A stretch of DNA of 64,000 bases from Fibrobacterota bacterium (GTDB taxonomy: Bacteria; Fibrobacterota; Fibrobacteria; UBA11236), in the NCBI GenBank assembly GCA_023249635.1, contig JAHFCH010000011.1, positions 671 through 64,670 of the forward strand, given 5' to 3'. Positions 9,520 to 18,540 of the stretch are shown piece by piece (within the stretch, counting starts at the first letter, position 1; each line of letters starts with the position of its first letter). The translations under genes and the position numbers were made by a program. The notes beneath the pieces were generated by a model. It was not told where the DNA came from and ran no database searches. It was given only the letters and a program-made list of their open reading frames with translations.

Positions 9520-10924
9520 GGGTCTGCTCCTTTTCCTGTTCGCGGCGTCCTATCTCCCGAGCGAAGGAAAAGAAGACCCCGTAGAGCTCATCCGGAGGCA
9601 TCGTTACGACGAGGCCATTTCCTCCTGGGACCAGGATCTCCAGGGCGGAAAGTTGGATGAGAAAGGCTTACGAGCCCTCAAGGGCAAGTCCTTGGCGTAT
9701 TTCCGCCTCGGCAGCTTATATGGGGTCTATTCAGGTTTCGCGAATGCGATCATGGCCGAATACTACACAGCATTGATTGAGACCGGCGCCAGCGCCATCC
9801 ATTACCTGTACCTGGGACAGATCCAGTATCAGGGCGGGAAGTTCGCGGACGCGAAGTCTTCTTTCGAGAAGGCGAAGAAGTTGGGCGGCGCAGTCCCCGG
9901 CATTCTGGAGATAAACGACGTCTTCCTCTACTTCGCGAAGAAGCGTTTGGGCGAATCGGCTGAAGTTCCGGTGAGCAAGGACAATGGCGCGCTTTGGGAG
10001 ACCCTCGATCTCAAGCCGGGTCCCGCCGACCTTGCCCAGAGCCTGACGGCACAATCCCAGCGCGGCCGCCGCTGCAGGTTGTCGGTAATGATCCGCGCTA
10101 ATGGGGCCGTGCCTGGGGACATCGAGACGATGCTGAAGGCGGTCTTGAACGATGCCCAACAGCCGGAAATGTACCTGGATCAGGGGAAGAACACCCAGAT
10201 AAACTTCTACGACCCCTTCCTGATGGAAACGCTTTCGGATACGTACTACACTCTGAGCAAATTGACGAATCTCCGCATCAAGGAAGAGGAGAAGCGCTTT
10301 CCCGACCTCGCGGCGAAGTTCAACACCGACCAGGCACTGGCGGAATCGTGCCTCCGCCTGAGTCAGTACAAAGAGGCGAGCTCGTACCTCGCCAAGGATG
10401 GCGGTGACGTCGAAGCGCAATTGGTGAAGGCCCAGGTGCTGGCGCATTCCAATAAGGTGAACGAGGCGAAAGCGTTGCTGGAGACGGTCTCGGAAAGCAC
10501 CAAAAACCCCTCGGACAGGAGGGATATCGCGGACTGTTACTATCTTTTAGGGTTTGACTTGGATAAGGGTTTGAAGCTGGCGGGCCTAGCCGTTAAGGAG
10601 AAAAACGGACCGAATTACTACCGGACCTTCGCCAACCTGCTTTTCGCGACCGGTCAGACCGAAACCGCGATGCAGCAATACGCCAAGGGTTACAAGATCG
10701 AGTATCGCAATCGTATCGATCAGATCGACCCGGAGTATATGACGGACTATGCATTCGCTATTTTCAAGACGAATAAGCTGAGGTACGAGGAGATCGTGGA
10801 AACCCTTTACCATCTCCAGAAGGAGTTCCCGGCTTGCAGGCAGATGCACTATTGCATGCAGGGGATTTCGGCGGGGTTGGCGCGGAGCTACGAATCCCAA
10901 CGGATTTTCCGAAAGGGTGGCTGA
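9500..10924 (+). CDS. TPR-like repeat protein (exported)
   Basis: AAGGTGG 12 nt before ATG 9500 (alternative ATG at 9488); signal-like N-terminus KGLLLFLFAAS; helical-repeat composition throughout; overlaps the TolB-like gene end by about 20 nt. Confidence 0.5.
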   Translation: MTFSRTKGLLLFLFAASYLPSEGKEDPVELIRRHRYDEAISSWDQDLQGGKLDEKGLRALKGKSLAYFRLGSLYGVYSGFANAIMAEYYTALIETGASAIHYLYLGQIQYQGGKFADAKSSFEKAKKLGGAVPGILEINDVFLYFAKKRLGESAEVPVSKDNGALWETLDLKPGPADLAQSLTAQSQRGRRCRLSVMIRANGAVPGDIETMLKAVLNDAQQPEMYLDQGKNTQINFYDPFLMETLSDTYYTLSKLTNLRIKEEEKRFPDLAAKFNTDQALAESCLRLSQYKEASSYLAKDGGDVEAQLVKAQVLAHSNKVNEAKALLETVSESTKNPSDRRDIADCYYLLGFDLDKGLKLAGLAVKEKNGPNYYRTFANLLFATGQTETAMQQYAKGYKIEYRNRIDQIDPEYMTDYAFAIFKTNKLRYEEIVETLYHLQKEFPACRQMHYCMQGISAGLARSYESQRIFRKGG

Positions 10925-11019
10925 CCCATTACCCATGAGGTAGGGGATTGGCCAAGGGGTTTTAGGCGGATAAAGGACGCCGCGGGGGCATGGAAGCGCC
11001 TCCGTTCAGGAAAGGAATC

Positions 11020-12678
11020 ATGACGGGACGGATAGCCAAAAACACGGTGCTCAGGATGGGAACCATGTCATATTTCAAGACTCTTGGGTTAGTCGGAATG
11101 GCCTTGTTATGCGGGTCGACGGCATTGGCTGTCGCGGCCGGCAAGGGGGAAAACCTCAAGGGTGGACGGCTGATCTACGCCGAACCTATCCTTCCGGATA
11201 CCTACGATCCCATTACCACCTCGGACAACGAAACCTCTCTGCGGCTTTCGGAACTCCTATTCGAATCCCTGGTCTACATCGATTATCGCGGCGAGGTCAA
11301 AGGCCGCCTGGCCGAGAAGTGGAATGTCTTCAACGGCAACCAGCGCATCACTTTCTACCTGCGCAAGGACGTGAAATGGCATGACGGCGTGCCCTTTACC
11401 GCCAACGACGTCAAGTTCACCTACGATGCCATCATGAATCCCCTCTCCGACGTTCGCCCCGAGAGCCGCCAGGCCCTGGAAGTGATCAAGAGCGTCTCGG
11501 TGTTGGGCGACTACGTGGTCAAATTCGATTTCGCGACCAGCGTTGCCGAGCCCGAACGCCGCTTCCTGTTCAAGATCGTTCCGGAGCATCTCTTCGGAGG
11601 CAAGCCGGTGTTGTCCAAGTTCAGCAAGTTCTCGAAGAATCCCATCGGAACCGGCTATTACAAGTTCGACCGTGAAACCAAGAACCATGACGTAATCCTC
11701 ACCGCTTTCACGGATCATTACGGTGGACCGCCGAACATCGGCGAAATCAAGATGGTGTACCAGCCGGAAATGTCGCTGCTGGTCCAGAGCCTGCTCCTGA
11801 ACGCCATCGACCTGGTGGTGGAAGTGCCTCCGGGCAAGATCGCGGAAATCGCGAACACGGGCAAGTTCATGATCATCCCGTATAACTCGCTCGCCTTCGC
11901 GTTCTTCGGCTACAACAACAACAATCCCATCCTGAAAATCAAGGAGGTGAGGCAGGCCTTCACCATGGGGATGGACCGGAACAAGATGTTGGAAGACATC
12001 TATTTCGGCAAAGGCGAAGTCATCTCGGGTCCGTTCTCTCCCGCTTCCTGGGGATACAACCCGGACGTGGCGCCGTGGCCCTACGACGCATCCAAAGCCA
12101 AGGCCCTGCTCGACAAGGTCGGCATCAAGGACACGGACGGCGACGGCATCCGCGAGTACAAGGGCATGCCCCTCAAGTTCAAGCTGAAGATCCCCATCTA
12201 CAGCGGTAATGAAGGCGGCCTCTCCGTCTGCCTGCGGTTCCAGAATTACCTGAAAACCCTGGGCGTATCCGTTGAGCTCCAGCACCGCGAATACGAGAAG
12301 TGGAAGGAAGAGGTCAAGTCCAAGCACGACTTCGATATCGTTTTCGCCGAGTGGCTCTTCGACAACTCCTCGGATATCTCCTCGCTGTTCTACTCCACCA
12401 AGAACCAGCCGCCCTCCGGCGACAATTTCATCTCTTACAAGAACCCGAAGGTGGATAGCCTCCTGCAGAAATTCTCGACCACGATCAACCATGAGGTCCG
12501 TCGCCGCATCAATTATGAGCTGCACGAAATCCTCGCCGAAGAGTGCCCATACACGTTCCTGTGGACCCTGGAAAAGAACGCGGCCATCGAGAACAAGGTC
12601 AAGAAGGCGGTGGTCCATCCGTACCGCTTCTTCACCTTCATCAACGACTGGTTCATTCCGGAAGACGAAAGGGATTGA
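11020..12678 (+). CDS. ABC transporter substrate-binding protein, family 5 (OppA/DppA-like)
   Basis: AGGAAAGGAA RBS before ATG 11020 (alternatives 11056/11065); signal peptide; SBP_bac_5-like sequence (ITFYLRKDVKWHDGVPFTANDVKFTYD); followed by permease and ATPase genes. Confidence 0.7.
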   Translation: MTGRIAKNTVLRMGTMSYFKTLGLVGMALLCGSTALAVAAGKGENLKGGRLIYAEPILPDTYDPITTSDNETSLRLSELLFESLVYIDYRGEVKGRLAEKWNVFNGNQRITFYLRKDVKWHDGVPFTANDVKFTYDAIMNPLSDVRPESRQALEVIKSVSVLGDYVVKFDFATSVAEPERRFLFKIVPEHLFGGKPVLSKFSKFSKNPIGTGYYKFDRETKNHDVILTAFTDHYGGPPNIGEIKMVYQPEMSLLVQSLLLNAIDLVVEVPPGKIAEIANTGKFMIIPYNSLAFAFFGYNNNNPILKIKEVRQAFTMGMDRNKMLEDIYFGKGEVISGPFSPASWGYNPDVAPWPYDASKAKALLDKVGIKDTDGDGIREYKGMPLKFKLKIPIYSGNEGGLSVCLRFQNYLKTLGVSVELQHREYEKWKEEVKSKHDFDIVFAEWLFDNSSDISSLFYSTKNQPPSGDNFISYKNPKVDSLLQKFSTTINHEVRRRINYELHEILAEECPYTFLWTLEKNAAIENKVKKAVVHPYRFFTFINDWFIPEDERD

Positions 12679-12684
12679 GCGACC

Positions 12685-13110
12685 ATGGCTGCGAGCATGA
12701 AGCGACACGAACGTAACGGTCTGGCCTGGTGCATCGCCCTGCCCTTCCTCTTGGCGGGCTGCGGCACGACCATGAGCGGCGTGGTGGTTAAGCCTGACGG
12801 CTCGAAACTCACCGAACCCAGCGTGGTGGTATACACCAGTCCGCGCACCGAGTCGGTGCGGGTGGACAAGGACGGCGATTTCAAGATCGGCCGGAACGTG
12901 ATTGAAGAGAACGAGTACACCTTGATCGCCGAGGACAAGGACGGAAACATGGGTTACGTCCGCGCCTTCAAGCCGAAAAAGGGTTCCAACAAGAACATCA
13001 TCGTGCGGCTCTCGCGGGAAATCGACGGCAAGGACGCGGTGATGGAGGGCGGACCCAACGAAGGCAACACGTCCGGCTTGGGCGAGAAGATCCTGAAATC
13101 CAGCCCGTAG
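12685..13110 (+). CDS. Small lipoprotein with carboxypeptidase-regulatory-like beta-sandwich domain
   Basis: Lipobox LLAGC; VVKPDGSKL..VDKDGDFKIG..YTLIAEDKDGNMGY pattern; inserted between the SBP and permease genes. Confidence 0.5.
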   Translation: MAASMKRHERNGLAWCIALPFLLAGCGTTMSGVVVKPDGSKLTEPSVVVYTSPRTESVRVDKDGDFKIGRNVIEENEYTLIAEDKDGNMGYVRAFKPKKGSNKNIIVRLSREIDGKDAVMEGGPNEGNTSGLGEKILKSSP

Positions 13111-13272
13111 CCGGCTATTACATGACCAAGGCCTTGCTTACGGCCGGTAACGCGCGGCCCGCTTGCATTGCAGGGGGCCGCGAGTTGTTCCTAGGGGTTT
13201 CGGAAAGCGATAATGGAATGGGTCCGGCGGACCGCAGGGGGCGGCCGGTCCCGGGAAAACGGTTGAACTGAC

Positions 13273-14181
13273 TTGCGCATCATCGCCAAAATCGTCGGTT
13301 TTTTCGCCGGCTCCATGCTTCTCGTATCCCTTTTGATCTTTGCCATCGTCCACCTCACTCCCGGCGATATCGCCGAGATCCACAACCTCTCCCCATCCAC
13401 CGCCCATACCCTCCATCTCGATCGTCCCGAGGCCGTGCAATACGTGCTCTGGCTTCGCGATTGCCTCATGCTCGACTTCGGCATTTCCATGGTCAACGGT
13501 ACCAAAGTATCCGCCCTGATCGCCGAGTACGCTCCGCCCACGCTTCTGCTCACTTTCGGCTCCCTGTTCCTCTCCCTGCTCATCGCCATTCCCCTGGGCG
13601 TCTACCGCGGCCTGCGCCCGGTCTCGCCGCTGGGCAAGTTCATCAGCCTCGCGGTGTATACGCTTTCCTCCATCCCGGTTTTCGTGCTCGGGTACATCGT
13701 GCTCGCCGTAGTGTTCGGCTTCTTCCATTTCTTCGTGACCACGCCTCCCGAAGGTGAATTCCATTTCTGGCCCTGGCTCAGCTATTACTCCCTGCCTATC
13801 GGGGTGCTGGCGGTGGGCAACGGGACCATCGGGGAATTCGTCCGCTTCATTTCGCTGGAAGTACAGAACGTCAACGGGGCCATGTTCATCAAGGCCGCCC
13901 GCGCCCGGGGCAGCCGGTTGTGGAAGCATTTCTTCCGCTCCATGATCCTTCCCATCTTCAACATCATCGTCACCAACATGGCCGTGCTCTTGGGCGGTCT
14001 GGTCGTGGTCGAACGCATCTTCAATTTCCACGGCTTGGGTTGGCTCAGTTGGGAGGCCACCCTCAAGCGCGACTTCTCCGTGATCATGGGCATCACCCTG
14101 GTAATGGCTTTCCTGATCCGCGTCTTCATGCTCGCCAACGATTTGCTGGCGGTCTGGCTCGATCCCCGGATGCGCGAATGA
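13273..14181 (+). CDS. ABC transporter permease (OppB/DppB-like)
   Basis: Apparent TTG start; six predicted TM segments; BPD_transp_1-like EAA-region sequence; same strand and order as the SBP gene. Confidence 0.7.
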   Translation: MRIIAKIVGFFAGSMLLVSLLIFAIVHLTPGDIAEIHNLSPSTAHTLHLDRPEAVQYVLWLRDCLMLDFGISMVNGTKVSALIAEYAPPTLLLTFGSLFLSLLIAIPLGVYRGLRPVSPLGKFISLAVYTLSSIPVFVLGYIVLAVVFGFFHFFVTTPPEGEFHFWPWLSYYSLPIGVLAVGNGTIGEFVRFISLEVQNVNGAMFIKAARARGSRLWKHFFRSMILPIFNIIVTNMAVLLGGLVVVERIFNFHGLGWLSWEATLKRDFSVIMGITLVMAFLIRVFMLANDLLAVWLDPRMRE

Positions 14182-14191
14182 GGACCGACCC

Positions 14192-15232
14192 ATGAAGCAA
14201 CGGGGTCCCTTCCGCCTGTTCCTGAAACAGCCGGGCGGCTGGCGTATCCTGGCCGGCGGGGTCATCGTATTCCTGCTGGCAATGGCGACCATCACGGGTT
14301 CGGCCTGGACCTCTTACAAGTCCGAGGACCTCGATCTGGAAAACCTGCTGGTACCGCCTTCCGCGGGCTGGCTCAAGCGTTTGATGACCACGGAGGAAGG
14401 CCTGCGCGTGCAGGAGCAGAACAAGGCCGGAGGCCGGGGCCAGCTCAACCATGTGAGGCCGGCGAACGCGGACGATGAGGATCTGGGTTTCCTCGGTAAC
14501 GATTCCGCCCCTGAACCGGCGGAGACCCCTAAGGCCACCGAAGCGACCGGCAAAACCCATGTCTTGGGTACCGACAAGAACGGCCGTGACATGCTGGCCC
14601 TGCTCATCGCCGGCGCCCGCAATTGCTTTCTGCCCGGCCTGGTCACCTGCGCCTTCGCGTTGGGTCTGGGCGTGCCCCTGGGGCTGTTCGCGGGCTATTA
14701 CGGCGGCCGTGTCCGCAAGATCGTGGGCACCTTCAACAGCACCATCCTGTCGCTGCCGCGGCTGGTGCTCATCCTCGTGGTCATTTGCGCCCTGGAGCCT
14801 AACGTTTACTACACCATGGGGGTGCTGGGGGCGACGCTGATCCCGCGCGTCTCGGAATTGATCGCCACCCGCGTGCGCATCCTTTCCAACATGGGGTTCA
14901 TTCTGGCGGCCAAGGAGGCTGCGCTGTCGGATTTCAAGATCCTGTACCGCCATCTTTTCTGGTACCAGAACCGCGCGGTCTTCTTCATCCAGTTCTCGCT
15001 GATCATGGCAGAATCCATCCTGGTCGAGACCACCTTGAGCTATCTCCAGTTCGGCACCAAGCCGCCGGAAGTCTCCTGGGGGAATATCATCGAAGGCAGC
15101 CAGATGTCTTTCTTCAGCGGCTTCTATTGGATCACCTTCTTCCCGGCCGTGGCCATCATCCTGGCCATCCTCGGCTTCTTTTACCTGGGCGACGGCCTCA
15201 ACGCCCGCCTGGCCTGGAAGGAAGGCCGCTGA
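14192..15232 (+). CDS. ABC transporter permease (OppC/DppC-like)
   Basis: N-terminal TM, periplasmic loop, then permease core (GTDKNGRDML.. typical of OppC N-terminal region); stop overlaps next start (ATGA). Confidence 0.7.
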   Translation: MKQRGPFRLFLKQPGGWRILAGGVIVFLLAMATITGSAWTSYKSEDLDLENLLVPPSAGWLKRLMTTEEGLRVQEQNKAGGRGQLNHVRPANADDEDLGFLGNDSAPEPAETPKATEATGKTHVLGTDKNGRDMLALLIAGARNCFLPGLVTCAFALGLGVPLGLFAGYYGGRVRKIVGTFNSTILSLPRLVLILVVICALEPNVYYTMGVLGATLIPRVSELIATRVRILSNMGFILAAKEAALSDFKILYRHLFWYQNRAVFFIQFSLIMAESILVETTLSYLQFGTKPPEVSWGNIIEGSQMSFFSGFYWITFFPAVAIILAILGFFYLGDGLNARLAWKEGR

Positions 15233-17367
15233 TGCTCGGCGCCCCGCTGCTTTCCATCAAAGACCTTTCCATCTGGTTCGGCGGGGGAGGGCGTTACCTC
15301 AAGGCCGTCAACCGCGCCAGCCTGGAAGTGGGCCGCGGAGAAATCGTCGGGCTTATCGGGCAATCGGGGAGCGGCAAGACCACTTTGGCCATGGGCCTGT
15401 TGGGCCTGGTGAAAGGCTATCCCGGCCTATGGGAAGGCCAGGCCCTGCTCGACGGCAAGAGCCTGTTGCCGGATATGGGGCCCTTGATCATCAAGAAGGG
15501 CCAGGACCGTCCCGGCGGCGATTTCCAGGTCGAGAAGCGTTACATCCCGTACCAGCGGGCGCATAAGCGCACGTTGAAAGGGGTATTGGGCCGCGACATC
15601 GCGACCATCTTCCAGGAGCCCAAGGCCAGCCTCGATCCGTTCTATACCGTGGGCGAACACATGATCGAGGCCCTGGAGCGCAACCTCGATCGCCATGAGG
15701 GGGGAGCCAAGACCCCGGGCGGACTTAAGGGGCTGGGCGTGGGTCTGCTCAAGGATGTAGGCCTGGTGGACGCGGAGAACCTTTGGGGCCTGCATCCGCA
15801 TGAGATCAGCGGAGGCATGGCGCAGCGCGTGATGATCTCCATGGCCTTGTGCGCCAAACCCAAACTGCTCATCGCCGATGAACCCTCCACCTCACTGGAC
15901 GTGACCACACAAGCGAAGTTGCTGCAATTGTTCCTGCGCCTGCGGGACAAGCATGGGCTTTCCATCATCATCATTTCCCACGATATCGGCGTGATCCAGG
16001 AAGTCAGTACCCGCATCTACGTCATGCACCGTGGATCGGTGGTGGAGACCGGCACTTCGGAGCATGTGCTGTCGGCCCCCAAGCATCCTTATACGGCTTC
16101 CTTGCTCGATTCCTTCTCGCGTTTCGGCGAGAAGTTGCCGGCGCCGCCTACCGATCCCGATGCCGGCCAGGGTTGCGCCTATCGCGAGATGTGCGCGGCC
16201 TACCGCGGCGTGCTGAATGCTGAGCAGCGGCAGCAATGCGAGAAGCTAAAGCCCATCGGCCAGGCGGAGAGCTTGGCGGCATCCGGGGTTTCCGCCGGCA
16301 TGGGAGATTGGTCGAAGTGTCATTACCGGGAGACCTCCAAGGCCCATGGGCCGGGTACCCCGTCGCATTCCCACCTGGAAGTGCTGATGGCGAAGGAAGG
16401 GAGCGAGACTACCCTTGTGAAGGTGAGGAACCTGCGCAAGCGCTTCACCCAAGGCAAACGTTCCTTCCTGGCCCTCAACGACATTTCCCTGGATATCCCC
16501 CAAGGGAGCACCTACGGCCTGGTAGGGGAGAGCGGGTCCGGCAAATCCACCTTGGGTTTATCCCTGATGGCCCTGCAGGGGGTGGACGCGGGCACGATCG
16601 ACTACAAGTCCGAGGACATCCTCAAGGCCGGCAAGGCCCGCATGCTGGTGCTCCGCCGGGAAATCCGTATGCTTTTCCAACACCCCGAGGGCGTACTGAA
16701 CAGCGGTATGACCATCCAGGACATCTTGGCGGAAGGGTTGGAGCGCGAAGGCGATATCGCCGCGGATGAGCGCCGCCGCCGCGTCTCGGAGGCGCTGGAG
16801 CAGGTGCGGCTGGATCCGGTGCACGGCGCGCGCTATCCCTCCAATCTCAGTTCCGGTGAAAAGCAACGGGCGACCATCGCGCGCGCGCTGATCACCAAGC
16901 CCGCATTCCTGGTCTGCGACGAACCCGTGGCCAGCCTCGACCTGGCCATCCAAAGCCAGGTCATGTCCCTGCTCAAGGAATTCCAGCGGCACCTGGGGCT
17001 GACCTACCTCTTCATCTCGCACAATCTTTCCCTGGTGAAAATCCTGGCCGATCGCATCGGGGTCATGTACATGGGATACCTGGTGGAAGAGGCCAAGGTG
17101 CGGCATTTCACGGTAGCCGGCGCGCGCCATCCTTATACGCGGCTCTTACTGGCCTCGACCCCGAGCCTGGATCCGGGCATCCGGGAAGTGCTGGCGCACT
17201 ACCCGGACGTGGAGCCGGTGCGTCTCGAAGGAGGTTGCCCTTTCCGCAATCGCTGTCCCGTATACCTCGCCAACAAATCCCCGCTGTGCGAAACCACCAT
17301 GCCCCCCTTGGTGGACATTGAAGTGGGCGCGCGCGTGGCTTGCCATTTCCCGCTCCCCGGCGGCTGA
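15232..17367 (+). CDS. Fused double ABC ATPase (OppD-OppF-like, two nucleotide-binding domains in one polypeptide)
   Basis: Two Walker A motifs (GQSGSGKTT and GESGSGKST), two signature/Walker B regions (LSGGMAQRVMISMAL..LIADEPTS; LSSGEKQRATIARAL..LVCDEPVASLD), C-terminal oligopeptide-type Cys-rich tail; ATG 15232 overlaps the oppC-like stop. Confidence 0.75.
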   Translation: MLGAPLLSIKDLSIWFGGGGRYLKAVNRASLEVGRGEIVGLIGQSGSGKTTLAMGLLGLVKGYPGLWEGQALLDGKSLLPDMGPLIIKKGQDRPGGDFQVEKRYIPYQRAHKRTLKGVLGRDIATIFQEPKASLDPFYTVGEHMIEALERNLDRHEGGAKTPGGLKGLGVGLLKDVGLVDAENLWGLHPHEISGGMAQRVMISMALCAKPKLLIADEPSTSLDVTTQAKLLQLFLRLRDKHGLSIIIISHDIGVIQEVSTRIYVMHRGSVVETGTSEHVLSAPKHPYTASLLDSFSRFGEKLPAPPTDPDAGQGCAYREMCAAYRGVLNAEQRQQCEKLKPIGQAESLAASGVSAGMGDWSKCHYRETSKAHGPGTPSHSHLEVLMAKEGSETTLVKVRNLRKRFTQGKRSFLALNDISLDIPQGSTYGLVGESGSGKSTLGLSLMALQGVDAGTIDYKSEDILKAGKARMLVLRREIRMLFQHPEGVLNSGMTIQDILAEGLEREGDIAADERRRRVSEALEQVRLDPVHGARYPSNLSSGEKQRATIARALITKPAFLVCDEPVASLDLAIQSQVMSLLKEFQRHLGLTYLFISHNLSLVKILADRIGVMYMGYLVEEAKVRHFTVAGARHPYTRLLLASTPSLDPGIREVLAHYPDVEPVRLEGGCPFRNRCPVYLANKSPLCETTMPPLVDIEVGARVACHFPLPGG

Positions 17368-17395
17368 AGGAACCTGGAAAAATTGAACGGAAAAG

Positions 17396-17426
17396 AAAAA
17401 GCCCCGCGGATGCGGGGCTTTTTGCT
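17396..17426. terminator. Bidirectional rho-independent terminator
   Basis: aaaaaGCCCCGCggatGCGGGGCttttt lies between the convergent 3' ends of the ABC ATPase gene (+) and the Zn-ribbon gene (-). Confidence 0.6.
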
Positions 17427-17451
17427 TTGGAGCGGAAGGCGGGAAGCGGGA

Positions 17452-17844
17452 CTATAAACCGTTGATGAAGTCGTTCACGTCCTTGACGCGATTGAGGTCG
17501 ATCTTCAGGTTGGTTATATCATCGCTGATCAACGGGGTGTCGCGCACCGGAGCGCCGGCCTTATGGGTGGCGCGCGCTTCGGCGGGTTTCACGATCAGGG
17601 AGGTATGCCCCTTGTTGGTCTCGCGGGCGTTGATGTTCTTGAGGATGCCCTGGACGGTGGTCATTTGGAGATTGCCCTGGATCTTCTCGATCTCGCTTTC
17701 GTCGATCTCGAAGGTCTTGCCATAGTAGTACATGAGGGCGGAATTGCACGAGGGGCAATTGAGCACGATCATGTACGCCTCTGATCCTAGAAAGAGTTCG
17801 CTGACCTCTTTGCAGTGGGGGCATTTGACATAGAGGGGTTTCAT
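17452..17844 (-). CDS. Hypothetical zinc-ribbon protein
   Basis: CPHC-x16-CPSC N-terminal Zn ribbon; lower GC than neighbours; no family recognised. Confidence 0.45.
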   Translation of the reverse strand: MKPLYVKCPHCKEVSELFLGSEAYMIVLNCPSCNSALMYYYGKTFEIDESEIEKIQGNLQMTTVQGILKNINARETNKGHTSLIVKPAEARATHKAGAPVRDTPLISDDITNLKIDLNRVKDVNDFINGL

Positions 17845-18008
17845 ATATGCTCCTGACTCCTGTTGTGAAAATACAAAGATCCAGAGCCTCTTGTTTTAAG
17901 TCTATTGCTTAGCCTGGGGCGTGTCAAGTGGAAATATGGCCGGAATCGCCACTTGGACGGTGCCCTGCAGCCCGCATTTGGCGGGCCTTGGAGCGCGTTC
18001 GGGGGTAT

Positions 18009-18371
18009 TCACTCTATGATTGCGAAGGCCACGGCGTACTCGCCTTGGTGGGATATCGAGACAAGACAACGGGTTGCGCCGAGGGTGGAAAGCTTCTCGC
18101 GGGCCGCGCCGGTCAAGGTAACCATCGGGGCTCCGGAAGCGTCGGGAAGGATTTCGATCTGGCCCCATCCCAAGCCGCCGCTCCATCCGGTGCCGAACGC
18201 CTTGAGTATCGCCTCCTTCGCCGCGAAGCGGCCGGCGATGCGTTCATGGGGGGAAGCGTAGCGTCCGCAGTACGCGGCTTCGGACTCGGTGAGGATTCGC
18301 CCCACGGCTTCCGGAGCCAATTTTTTTATCCTTTCGATATGGCAGATATCGGTGCCGATGCCTATTACCAT
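18009..18371 (-). CDS. acpS: Holo-[acyl-carrier-protein] synthase
   Basis: MVIGIGTDICHIERI..; 120 aa; classic AcpS N-terminal motif and length. Confidence 0.75.
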   Translation of the reverse strand: MVIGIGTDICHIERIKKLAPEAVGRILTESEAAYCGRYASPHERIAGRFAAKEAILKAFGTGWSGGLGWGQIEILPDASGAPMVTLTGAAREKLSTLGATRCLVSISHQGEYAVAFAIIE

Positions 18372-18540
18372 TATATCCCCCGGATCGAATCCGGCCCCTT
18401 CTCACCGCGGTCAGACGAATATTTGACCACTTGCGACTGGACCCTTTTGCGTTGTGAATCCATGCGACGGGCTCAAACTCCCGCTAATACCCACAGTTCC
18501 GGCAATATAGCCAAAGGGCGCCGGGCCCCCGAGGGGCCGC

